Shown: positions 31,209 through 39,878, counted from the stretch's first letter. The stretch: 64,000 nt of DNA from Zetaproteobacteria bacterium CG06_land_8_20_14_3_00_59_53 (GCA_002779605.1 PEWE01000033.1:11686-75685), one strand, 5' to 3'. Numbers and translations: made by a program. The notes: a model not told the origin generated them from the letters alone.

Positions 31209-32240
31209 ATGTCGAATCCATCCAATCCGCAGAATCCCGAAACCGGCTCCTTCTATCGCCTCGGGCCGGAGCAGGTGTTGCAGGCCGTGGAAAGTCTGGG
31301 GTTCGCATGCAGCGGACGGCAGCTGGCGCTGAACTCCTATGAGAACCGCGTTTACCAGATCGGTCTGGAGGATGCTTCCCCGCTGGTCGCCAAGTTCTAT
31401 CGCCCGGCGCGCTGGAGCGATGCGGCGATCCTCGAAGAGCACGACTTCACGCTGGAGCTGCAGGAGCTGGATATCCCGGCTGTGCCGCCGATGTGTATCC
31501 ATGGCACCACCCTGCATCACTTCCATGACTACCGCTTCGCCCTTTACCCCTTCATGCCGGGACGCACCCCGGATCTGGAGAACGCTGCACACATCGAGCA
31601 GCTCGGACGTTTCTTCGGGCGTCTGCATGCCGCTGGCTCCATCCGCCGCTTTACACATCGCCCGGCTCTGGATGTGCACAGCTTCGGCGACGAATCCTAC
31701 GAATACCTGCTCGATGAAGGCCTGCTGCCACGCGATCTGCAGGACTCCTACCGGCATCTCGGCGAAGACCTGCTCGATGCCGTGGAAGACATCATGGATG
31801 CGGTGGATGCGCGCATGATCCGCCTGCAGGGCGATGCGCATCCCGGCAACATCCTGTGGCAGGAAGGCCCGCAGCGCTCGCTTGGCGGACCCCACATCCT
31901 GGATTTCGACGACGCACGCAACGGACCTGCCGTGCAGGACCTGTGGATGTTCCTTTCCGGCGAACCGGCACAGATGGAGGCCACGCTGGACACCCTGCTG
32001 ACCGGCTACACCGCGTTCTGCGACTTCGATGCCGCCGAACTGCGCCTCATCGAGCCGTTGCGCACCCTGCGCATCATGCACCATGCCGCATGGCTGGCGA
32101 AGCGACGCCACGACCCGGTGTTCCTCGATGCCTTCCCCTGGTTCAACACACAGCGCTACTGGGAAGAGCACCTGCTCACCCTGAAAGAACAGATGGCCGC
32201 CATGCACGAAGCACCGCTACATTGGCAGGCTGGGCACTAG
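31209..32240 (+). CDS. srkA: stress response serine/threonine kinase SrkA (YihE)
   Basis: Collinear with E. coli YihE (LNSYENRVYQ, KFYRP.RW, LHGD.H.GNILW, LDFDDARNGPAVQDLWM, EPLR..R). Confidence 0.9.
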   Translation: MSNPSNPQNPETGSFYRLGPEQVLQAVESLGFACSGRQLALNSYENRVYQIGLEDASPLVAKFYRPARWSDAAILEEHDFTLELQELDIPAVPPMCIHGTTLHHFHDYRFALYPFMPGRTPDLENAAHIEQLGRFFGRLHAAGSIRRFTHRPALDVHSFGDESYEYLLDEGLLPRDLQDSYRHLGEDLLDAVEDIMDAVDARMIRLQGDAHPGNILWQEGPQRSLGGPHILDFDDARNGPAVQDLWMFLSGEPAQMEATLDTLLTGYTAFCDFDAAELRLIEPLRTLRIMHHAAWLAKRRHDPVFLDAFPWFNTQRYWEEHLLTLKEQMAAMHEAPLHWQAGH

Positions 32241-32319
32241 TAGCGCGCAGCACAGCGTTTTTCGCGGCATATGGAATATCAGGTGAATCAGCGCATCAAG
32301 CTTCCGCGCGAAACAGTCG

Positions 32320-32335
32320 TGTGATAAATGTCACA
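32320..32335. promoter_or_regulatory. perfect CRP/FNR-family type palindrome TGTGA-N6-TCACA
   Basis: TGTGATAAATGTCACA, centred about 109 nt upstream of the osmC-like ATG (32437) that heads the cyclase operon. Confidence 0.45.
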
Positions 32336-32436
32336 GACAGGTTGATTGTCTCCGAAAAACAGCCAGTGTTCGCATTAGGAATTTCCGGACATGGGGAACA
32401 TCCGGAAAGGGATTCAATTCACAGAAAGGGGAAGGT

Positions 32437-33000
32437 ATGTCCGAGCACATCAACGGGGTCAATCTCAACAACATCAGCGCGCTGATCGGTGCCATTCAGG
32501 AAAACAACGATCTGTCCAAGGTGCGTTTCCATGTGGAATCCAGCTGGGCGGGCGGCACGCAGACAAAGGTGCGCGTTAACGAGATGTATGCCAATGAGCA
32601 GAACATCGCACGCGAGGACCGGAATTTCGAGATGATCGTGGACGAGCCGGCACAGCTGGGCGGCGTGGACGAAGGTCCGAACCCGGTGGAAACCATCGCC
32701 GCCGGACTGTGCGGCTGTATCACCGCCGGCATGGCCACCAACGGCGCGCTGTTCGGCACCGAATTCAAGAAAATCGACATGGATTGCGATGTGTTCTTCG
32801 ACGTACGCGGCGTGTTCGGCTTGGACAAGACGGACACCATTCCGAACGGCGCGCTGCGCATCAACCTGAACATCCGCGCGAAGAGCGATGCCGACGAGGC
32901 TGAGGTGCGCAAGGTGAAGGAGATCATCGACAGGAAATCGCCGATGAAAAACACCCTGGAACTGCCACTAGAAATCACCACCAATCTGATCATCGAGTAA
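32437..33000 (+). CDS. OsmC-family protein (paralog 1)
   Basis: 187 aa with OsmC/Ohr-fold pattern (...GPNPVETIAAGLCGCITAG...). About 30% identical by eye to the ORF at 39938-40501. GGGGAAGG lies upstream of the ATG. Confidence 0.8.
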   Translation: MSEHINGVNLNNISALIGAIQENNDLSKVRFHVESSWAGGTQTKVRVNEMYANEQNIAREDRNFEMIVDEPAQLGGVDEGPNPVETIAAGLCGCITAGMATNGALFGTEFKKIDMDCDVFFDVRGVFGLDKTDTIPNGALRINLNIRAKSDADEAEVRKVKEIIDRKSPMKNTLELPLEITTNLIIE

Positions 33001-33065
33001 TCGTGCTCATTTCCGGGGCCATGCCGCCAGCGGCGGTCTCCGGGATTTGAATATGCGGGGAGAGC

Positions 33066-36000
33066 ATGGGTAATAGCATCGCAGCAGTCGGATTCAGCGA
33101 GCTTGAGGATTCGTTTCAGGCTGGCTTCGAGGCGGCCAGGCAGGCCTCTTCCTCGGTGGGCAACCACAGCGGCTGGAAGCTTGCCATGCTCATGTCCACC
33201 GCACGGCACGATCCGATGCGCCTGCAGGAAGGCGTGCAGAGCGTCATCGGCCGGGGCTGCGAACTGATCGGCGGCTATGCCGTCGGCATCATCACCAACG
33301 ACAAGCTGGCCTACGATGGCTTCCAGGTCGGCATCCTGCTGCTCTCGCCTTCAGCCGGAGCCGTCTTCGATATCTTCTCTGAAGGCGGGCTGGCCGACAA
33401 CGAAGCAAAGGTCGGCGAGAAACTCGCAAAAAGCATCGGCCGGCACAGCTTCGATACCGAAAACCCTTCACTGGTGCTGCTATACGACGCGGTGAACCGC
33501 ATGTCCGGGCGATTCAAGATGAACATGGCCACCTATGTGCTCGACGGGATGAAACAGAGCATGGATCGCTGGCCGCCGACGCTGGTCGGTGCCGGCATGG
33601 TCGGCGATATGCAATGCCGCGAAACCTTCCAGTGGTGCAACGGCCGGTTGCATCAGCAATCCGCCATCGCACTGGCCCTTTCCGGCTCGCTGCGCATCGA
33701 TGCCACCATCATGCACGGTTGCCGCCCGGCCAGCCGTTACCACCGCATCACCAAATCGGAAGGCAATGTGGTGCTGGAGATCGACGGCGTACCCGCACTG
33801 GACAAGATTTCGGAGTTGCTCGGACCGGATTCCGGCAAGACCTGGCGCGACTACAGCTTTTTCGTCACGCTCGGAGTGAATCGCGGCGATAAATTCGGCG
33901 AATTCGTTGAAAACAACTACGCCAACCGGCTATGCATGGGCGTGGACCTCGAGCGCAAAGGGCTGGTGATGTTCGAGCCGGATCTGGTGCCCGGCTCTGA
34001 AGTTCAGTTGATGCGCCGCGATGTGAACTTCGGCTATATCCATGAAAAGGTGAATGAGGTGCTGGCACGCGTCGGCGACCGCAAGCCGGTGTTCGCACTA
34101 TACATCGACTGCGCCGGCCGCGCCGCCTCCTACTCCGGCTTCGACGACGAGGATGCCGAGGAGGTGCAGCGCACGCTCGGCGATATCCCCCTGCTCGGCT
34201 TCTATACCGGCGTGGAGATCGGCCCGGTGGCCGGTGAACCGATGGCGCTGGACTGGACAGGCGTGCTGGCCATCGTCAGCGAAGGTGAACCCGGCTCACT
34301 GGCTTCCCCCGTTGCAACCGGGCAAGCATCCATCGAACTGCTGCCGCTGGCCGGCGATGCAGCGACCGGCGACATCAACCCGGACGAACTGGACGAACGT
34401 ATCCGCGTCTCCGAGGAACGCTTTCAGGCGCTGCAAAGCGAGAGCGATTACTACGCCGGCCTGTCCGACGAACTCGCCGGAAAGAATCTCAGGATGGATT
34501 CCCATCTGACCGCGCTGAACCACAGGCTGCACACCAAGAAACAGGGCCTCGCCATTCTCTCCCGACTGCACGACACATTCGGAACTCCAAGCCCCTTCGA
34601 AGAGCTGTGCCGCACCACGATGCAGGAGATCAACACCGAGCTGAACATGGACAAGACCATGGTCCTGCTTGAGCGCGACGGCGCATTCTGCCCCGCATAC
34701 TGGAGCGGCTATACCGAAGCCGAAGCCTTCAGCCTGGAGCACATCCATCTGCCGCTGCTAGCTGAGTGGATGAAGGTCAACTTCCTGCTAGGCAACCGCA
34801 ACACGCGAGGCGAGGCCGATGTGCAGCAGATCCGTAACATGACCCGCCTGCCCTACTTTGTCTGTGTGACCATTCGCGAAGCGGGAAAAATCACCGGCCT
34901 GATGCTTTCCGGGCGCATGAAAGAAGCGATGCCCTTCTATCCGCCACTGGTCGAAGAGGATGCAAGCACCCTGATCACCATCGCAGCCTTTCTCTCGGTC
35001 ACCGACCAGATGAACCGGCAGCGTCTGCAACTCGACCAGCTCAACGCCTTGAGCAGCAGCGGCGCGAAGCATTCGGTCACGGCTAATGTCGCGGCCACTG
35101 GTGCGACAAAAACGGCGGACGACAGCAGTGATGCTGCGGATGACCCCTATCAGGACATGAGTAGCGACGAATTACGCGACTGCCTGCGCAATATTGCTGC
35201 GGAACTGGCCGATCAGAAGCGCTCCAGCGAATACTACGGCTCGCTGGCCGATGAACTGGCCGGCCAGAATGTGAAAAAAGACTCCTCGCTGTCGATGCTC
35301 AACAACGAGCTGCGCATCAAGCGGCAGGGCTTCGCCATCCTTTCCGAGCTGCAGGACAGGCTGAACAGCCAGCAGACCATGGACAAGCTCTGCCCGCTGG
35401 TCATTCGCAGCATCAATATGACCCTGAACATGGACAAATCCATGGTGCTGTTCGAGAGCGAGGGCGTGCTGCGTCCTGCATTCTGGAGCGGTTTCTCCGA
35501 AATGGAGGTCTACGACATCGAGGACCTCGAAATGCCCATGGACGAGGACTGGATGGAAAACGGCCACCTGCTGGCCAACCGACGTACCGGCAAGGACGAG
35601 ATGGTGCTGCGCGCCAAGAACTTCATCCCCATCCCGTTCTTCATCGCCGTGCCCATCCGGCAGGACGATCGGACCATCGGCCTGCTGGTTTCCGGGCGGC
35701 TGAAAGAGGCCAAGCCCTTCTATCCGCCTCTGGCCAGGGAGGATGTGAACACATTCACGGCCATTTCGGGCTTCCTGTCCTCGACCGACCAGCTGAACCG
35801 GCAGCGCGACCACCTGCAGGAGATGAATCTGAATCTGGAGAAGAAGGTCAAGGAGCGCACCTCCGACCTGAGCGACGCGCTGGGCAAGCTGGAAGTGAAG
35901 AACCGCTTCATCAGGAAAACCTTCGGGCGTTACATGTCCGACGCGGTGGTGGAAAGCATCCTGGAAACCCCGGAAGGCCTGCATCTCGGAGGCCAGACGC

Positions 36001-36938
36001 TGCCGGTGACCATCCTGTTTTCCGATCTGCGCGGCTTCTCGGCTATTTCCGAATCCCTGCCGCCGGAACACGTCGTCGAACTGCTGAATATTTATCTTGA
36101 GGAGATGACACGTATTGTCTTCAAGTATTCCGGCACCATCAATGAGTTGATGGGTGATGGTATCCTGATCGTGTTCGGCGCGCCGAGCGCGAAACCGGAC
36201 GATGCCGACCGCGCCGTGGCCTGCGCCATGGAAATGCAGATGACCATGAACAAGGTCAACGCACGCATCACCGCCAAGGGTTTTCCGGAGCTGCACATGG
36301 GCATCGGTATCAACACCGGCCAGGTGGTCGCCGGCAACGTCGGCTCGGACATGCGCACCAAGTACGCCGTGGTGGGCAGCAATGTGAATCTTGCAGCGCG
36401 CGTGGAGTCGTTCACCGTCGGCGGCCAGGTGCTGGCCACACAATCCACACTCGATGCCCTGACCACCGAGATCAAGGTGGCCGGCGAGTTTTCCACCAAC
36501 TTCAAGGGCATCAAGGAACCGGTCGTCATGCACGACATCACTGGCATTAACGGAGATTTCAAGCTGCAACTGCCCGAGAAGGTCATCGAATACCGGAAAC
36601 TGGCGAACGGCTTGCCGATAAGGGTGGAACTGGTCGAGGGCAAGTCCTCGCAAGGCAGACAGATCACCGGTGCCATCCTCGCGCTGGCCGACCACTACGC
36701 CATGCTTGCCGTGGACGGCAAGCTGGAGAAACATGCCAACATGAAGATTCACCTCGATTCGCCGGGGCTTCCCGCGGACACCCATGTGTATGCCAAGGTC
36801 ATGAAGGACTGTGGCAAAGATTGCGGAAAGGGTTGCAGCGAGGTGAACTTCACCTATATGAGCCGGGAGACCCGCATCTTCCTGGACCAGATCAAAACCG
36901 TACAGGGTCAACAATGGGGAGACGATGCAATTACATGA
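33066..36938 (+). CDS. multidomain class III nucleotidyl cyclase: FIST_N/FIST_C sensor, two (coiled-coil + GAF-like) modules, cyclase catalytic domain, C-terminal PilZ-like beta domain
   Basis: FIST pattern in aa 1-400. Internal 261-aa duplication. Catalytic motifs FSDLRGF, ELMGDGILIVFG, GINTGQVVAGNVG, VGSNVNLAARVES. The PilZ-like call for the last ~120 aa is tentative. Confidence 0.85.
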   Translation: MGNSIAAVGFSELEDSFQAGFEAARQASSSVGNHSGWKLAMLMSTARHDPMRLQEGVQSVIGRGCELIGGYAVGIITNDKLAYDGFQVGILLLSPSAGAVFDIFSEGGLADNEAKVGEKLAKSIGRHSFDTENPSLVLLYDAVNRMSGRFKMNMATYVLDGMKQSMDRWPPTLVGAGMVGDMQCRETFQWCNGRLHQQSAIALALSGSLRIDATIMHGCRPASRYHRITKSEGNVVLEIDGVPALDKISELLGPDSGKTWRDYSFFVTLGVNRGDKFGEFVENNYANRLCMGVDLERKGLVMFEPDLVPGSEVQLMRRDVNFGYIHEKVNEVLARVGDRKPVFALYIDCAGRAASYSGFDDEDAEEVQRTLGDIPLLGFYTGVEIGPVAGEPMALDWTGVLAIVSEGEPGSLASPVATGQASIELLPLAGDAATGDINPDELDERIRVSEERFQALQSESDYYAGLSDELAGKNLRMDSHLTALNHRLHTKKQGLAILSRLHDTFGTPSPFEELCRTTMQEINTELNMDKTMVLLERDGAFCPAYWSGYTEAEAFSLEHIHLPLLAEWMKVNFLLGNRNTRGEADVQQIRNMTRLPYFVCVTIREAGKITGLMLSGRMKEAMPFYPPLVEEDASTLITIAAFLSVTDQMNRQRLQLDQLNALSSSGAKHSVTANVAATGATKTADDSSDAADDPYQDMSSDELRDCLRNIAAELADQKRSSEYYGSLADELAGQNVKKDSSLSMLNNELRIKRQGFAILSELQDRLNSQQTMDKLCPLVIRSINMTLNMDKSMVLFESEGVLRPAFWSGFSEMEVYDIEDLEMPMDEDWMENGHLLANRRTGKDEMVLRAKNFIPIPFFIAVPIRQDDRTIGLLVSGRLKEAKPFYPPLAREDVNTFTAISGFLSSTDQLNRQRDHLQEMNLNLEKKVKERTSDLSDALGKLEVKNRFIRKTFGRYMSDAVVESILETPEGLHLGGQTLPVTILFSDLRGFSAISESLPPEHVVELLNIYLEEMTRIVFKYSGTINELMGDGILIVFGAPSAKPDDADRAVACAMEMQMTMNKVNARITAKGFPELHMGIGINTGQVVAGNVGSDMRTKYAVVGSNVNLAARVESFTVGGQVLATQSTLDALTTEIKVAGEFSTNFKGIKEPVVMHDITGINGDFKLQLPEKVIEYRKLANGLPIRVELVEGKSSQGRQITGAILALADHYAMLAVDGKLEKHANMKIHLDSPGLPADTHVYAKVMKDCGKDCGKGCSEVNFTYMSRETRIFLDQIKTVQGQQWGDDAIT
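34383..35840 (+). repeat. tandem intragenic duplication (period 783 nt = 261 codons) encoding two coiled-coil + GAF-like modules
   Basis: DELDERIR...YYAGLSDELAGKN...LNMDKTMVLLE...FYPPL...TDQMNRQR aligns with DELRDCLR...YYGSLADELAGQN...LNMDKSMVLFE...FYPPL...TDQLNRQR. Two similar 69-codon antisense ORFs at 34451 and 35234 show the same 783-nt offset. Confidence 0.85.
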
Positions 36939-38103
36939 TCATGGGGAATCCATTACCAGCTACGATGAGCTGGTCAACGCACTGCGCACGGCGGTGCAAG
37001 TGGAACTGGGGGTGCTGCCGCCCTATTTCACGGCGATGTATTCGATCAGGGATCAGGGCAGCCCGGAGTTCCGGCTCATGCGCGGCGTGCTGATGGAGGA
37101 GATGCTGCATCTGGCGCTGAACTGCAACCTGCTCAACGCTATCGGTTCGGCACCTTTGATCCAGCCGCCCTACACGCCGAATTACCCCCTGCCGCTGCCG
37201 CACTATCATCAGGGCTTCGAGGTGCATCTTTCGCCGCTCACCCGGGAGTTTGCACGCGACACACTGATGGTCATCGAGCGCCCGTCATGGACGGTGCACG
37301 ATTCTCATGACGCAGCACCCGCCCAGGCCTCGGGCTGGGAAACACTGGGACAGTTCTACAAGGGCATCATCGACGGCTTCATCACCGTGCACAAACAGAA
37401 ACCCGACCTGTTCGCCCATGCGGCGCGGCAATACGGCACCAACGGCATCTACTCCAACGGCGGCGGTTATCTGAAGGCCGTGGGCAGCCTGCGCGACGCC
37501 ATCATCGCCATCGAGGAAAACCTCATCCAGACCCAGGGCACCAAGGGGAAAGAGTACCAGCCATGCGGTCCGGACGGTGCGATGGAACTGTCGCACTTCG
37601 ACAACTTCCGCGAGATCGCCGACGGCAACATACCCATCGGCGAGGTGTACCCGATGCTGCCGGACATCAAGGCCCATCAACTCTCCGGCCCGCTGAAAGC
37701 ACTATCCGGCCTGTTCGACGACTGCTGGCGCCTGTTCCTCGATGCACTGAACGAGACCTTCAGCAACCCGTTCAACTACAGCATCTACTTCACCCAATCC
37801 ATGTGGCTGATGAAAAAGGTGTTTCCGGAACTCGCCGTCCTTTTGATGTCCTCACCCATCGACCCGAACCAGCCGCAACTTGGCAACGCCGGCCCGGCCT
37901 TCTACTGCGATCCAAATGCGAAAACGCGCAGCATCAGCGAGGTGCTGGGCGATGCGGTGCTGGTGATGTCCATGACCGACCGGCCGGAATGGAAGAAGGC
38001 CGTGGGCTCCACCATCGAGACTCTGGAATACATGATGGTCGAACGCCGCCGCATCGAGGAGCGCAGCGACTACAGCCATGCCGCGGAGTCGTCCGCGGCA
38101 TAA
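36925..38103 (+). CDS. stand-alone ferritin-like domain protein (VioB/RebD-type 'Ferritin-like' family)
   Basis: VQVELGVLPPYFTAMYSI...MEEMLHLALNCNLLNAIGSAP matches the signature I recall from the C-terminal domain of VioB (LELSVMLQYLYAAYSI...EEMIHYLVVNNLLMALG). Its start overlaps the cyclase stop by 14 nt. Confidence 0.65.
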   Translation: MQLHDHGESITSYDELVNALRTAVQVELGVLPPYFTAMYSIRDQGSPEFRLMRGVLMEEMLHLALNCNLLNAIGSAPLIQPPYTPNYPLPLPHYHQGFEVHLSPLTREFARDTLMVIERPSWTVHDSHDAAPAQASGWETLGQFYKGIIDGFITVHKQKPDLFAHAARQYGTNGIYSNGGGYLKAVGSLRDAIIAIEENLIQTQGTKGKEYQPCGPDGAMELSHFDNFREIADGNIPIGEVYPMLPDIKAHQLSGPLKALSGLFDDCWRLFLDALNETFSNPFNYSIYFTQSMWLMKKVFPELAVLLMSSPIDPNQPQLGNAGPAFYCDPNAKTRSISEVLGDAVLVMSMTDRPEWKKAVGSTIETLEYMMVERRRIEERSDYSHAAESSAA

Positions 38104-38130
38104 GCAACCGACTCTGCCTCACTGAAATGC

Positions 38131-38161
38131 ACAGCGCGCCGGGTGTCCCCCGGCGCGCTGT
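38131..38161. terminator. GC-rich hairpin between convergent genes
   Basis: ACAGCGCGCCGGG-tgtcc-CCCGGCGCGCTGT (13-bp stem) followed by TTCGT. The U-tract is weak. Confidence 0.55.
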
Positions 38162-38181
38162 TTCGTGGGACTTCCCCGACC

Positions 38182-39661
38182 TTACATCAGATCGAGCAGG
38201 TAACGCGGCGTCGGGTGACGCCTGGCCACCTTCAGCTTGTCCGCCACGTCATCTGTGAGATAGATGTGCGGATTCTCATGCGCATCGTCAAGCACATGCT
38301 TGGCCACGTGGGTACCCGAGATCCAGCATTCCTCGTGCAAGCCGGCCCCTTGGGTGTAGCCACCGGTGAAATACACATTGTCGATGCCTTTCATCATCAC
38401 CGGCGCGATATTGTCCTGTGCCTTGGTTGCCTCGACGTTCAGGCGGTAGTGATAGAATTTGAACATCGTGCAGTCCCCGAAAGTTTTGTTGTTCAGACGG
38501 CAGATATCGGGGACCGGATTCAGCGGATTCAGGGTCAGGAAGAACTGCGGTGTCATACCCCGGTATGTCGGATTCTTCGGATCGTTCTGGTGGCGATTCG
38601 CCCAGTAGGTGATGTTGTAGCGTTCCGGACTGTCACGGTCGGCAAACACGTTGATGTTGTAGGTGGCCCACAGGTTCGGGTCCGGCGGCATATTCGCCGT
38701 GGATGTATGCGCCACCACCTCGTCGGTTTCCATGCTCATGGCGTTTTTCAGCTGTTTCACCATCGCGGGAACCTGCTCCTGGCGATAGTAGATCTCCTCC
38801 AGCGTGCGTGTCTGCACGGCCACGATCACCTTGTCGAAATCCTCGGTCTGCGGCTTGCTGCCCGCAGCGGCATCCACCGGCAGCGTGTACACACGCACCT
38901 TGCCGCTATCCAGCAACTCGATCTGCGCCTTCACCCCACGGAAGATCACCTGTGGCAGCCCATGCTGCAGATAGGCGGAAAGCTTGCGGATCCAGTTCAC
39001 CGTACCTCCCACCCAGTACTGACGCTCGGGGGGCAGGACCGTGCCGTAACCTTCCTGCAGGTAATAGTAGTGCGCCACCTGACGCGCCGGCATCTCGCTG
39101 GGCCGGATCATGCCGGCGAAGTACATGCCGTTGATGCGCGGGTACAGGTTCAGATAGACGTAGTCATCGGGAAAGCCGGCCCACTTCACGAACTGGTCCA
39201 TGGTCCACCATTGCATGTCCTTGTGCTGATCCATGTCTTCCAGCTTCAGGTAACGCTTGATCGCATCGCCGAACATGGCGGCACCCTTGAGCACCCCCTC
39301 GGGGGCATTGTGCCCCATCTGCGGCCGGTCACTGGAGGGCATGGTGTAGCCCACGACGGTTTCCGGATCGAATGCCCCGCCCGGGCCGATGTTGGAATAA
39401 CCTGTGGAATCCTCCAGCGGGGCATATTCAACACCCAGCCTGGTGAACACTTCCATCAGGTTCGTATAACTGTTCTTGTTGAAATCGTTGACACCGAGAT
39501 CCACCCAGCGGTTCACCCCGCCGACGTTCAACGGGATCGTTCGGGCGTTACCGCCGACGTTGTGCACCCGTTCGAACACCTTGAACTCATGGTCTTGTTC
39601 TTTCAGATGGTAGGCAGCAGCCAATCCGGACCCCCCCCCCCCCGATAATCGCTACTTTCAT
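38182..39661 (-). CDS. FAD-dependent amine-oxidase-like oxidoreductase (COG2907-like), out of frame at a poly-G tract in the sequence as given
   Basis: ATG 39661 gives MKVAII + G13. With 12 G it reads MKVAIIGGGGSGLAAAYHLKEQDHEFKVFER..GG (FAD beta-alpha-beta), continuous with the 480-codon ORF 38182-39624. C-terminal FTGGYTQGAGLHEECWISG. Confidence 0.75.
39631..39643 (-). repeat. 13-nt homopolymeric G tract (C13 on the plus strand) inside the GxGxxG codons
   Basis: Counted directly: positions 39631-39643 are all C on the plus strand. Confidence 0.95.
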
Positions 39662-39846
39662 GGTTTCCCCCATCGTGATATCCGGTTCATCGTCAACCGC
39701 CATCATGCACGATACATTGAGGTATTATCTCTTTGGAATCGGCATGTTAATGGCACCATATGCATAATCTTGGCAACTTCAAGCCTGCAGAGCTGCCGAC
39801 CTTTTCAGGGCACGTACTTCGCCGGGATTCAATCCAGGCGCGGCGA

Positions 39847-39878
39847 TTCATTGAACAGATCATTTCATTGAACAGATC
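39847..39878 (+). repeat. tandem direct repeat 2 x TTCATTGAACAGATC (17-nt period), each copy with a GATC and a TTCAnTGAA mini-palindrome
   Basis: Copies at 39847-39861 and 39864-39878. They lie 60-90 nt upstream of the osmC paralog 2 start, in the divergent intergenic region shared with the poly-G oxidase gene. Confidence 0.9.

Noticed and set aside
35172-36914. 580-aa ORF on the minus strand
   Set aside because: It is antisense to the domain-supported cyclase gene. Its composition is H/G/R/Q/L-rich and low-complexity with no recognisable motifs. This is a typical long open antisense frame in GC-rich DNA.
33066-38103. Pycsar/CBASS-like anti-phage reading of the cyclase locus
   Set aside because: The cyclase is a huge sensor-fused signalling protein. 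No adjacent effector with a cNMP-binding, TIR, patatin, or pore-forming TM domain is present. The neighbours are redox enzymes.
38143-39648. 501-aa ORF on the plus strand
   Set aside because: It is antisense to the FAD oxidase gene, which has clear FAD-binding and C-terminal motifs. Its translation is His/Arg/Val-rich and non-protein-like.
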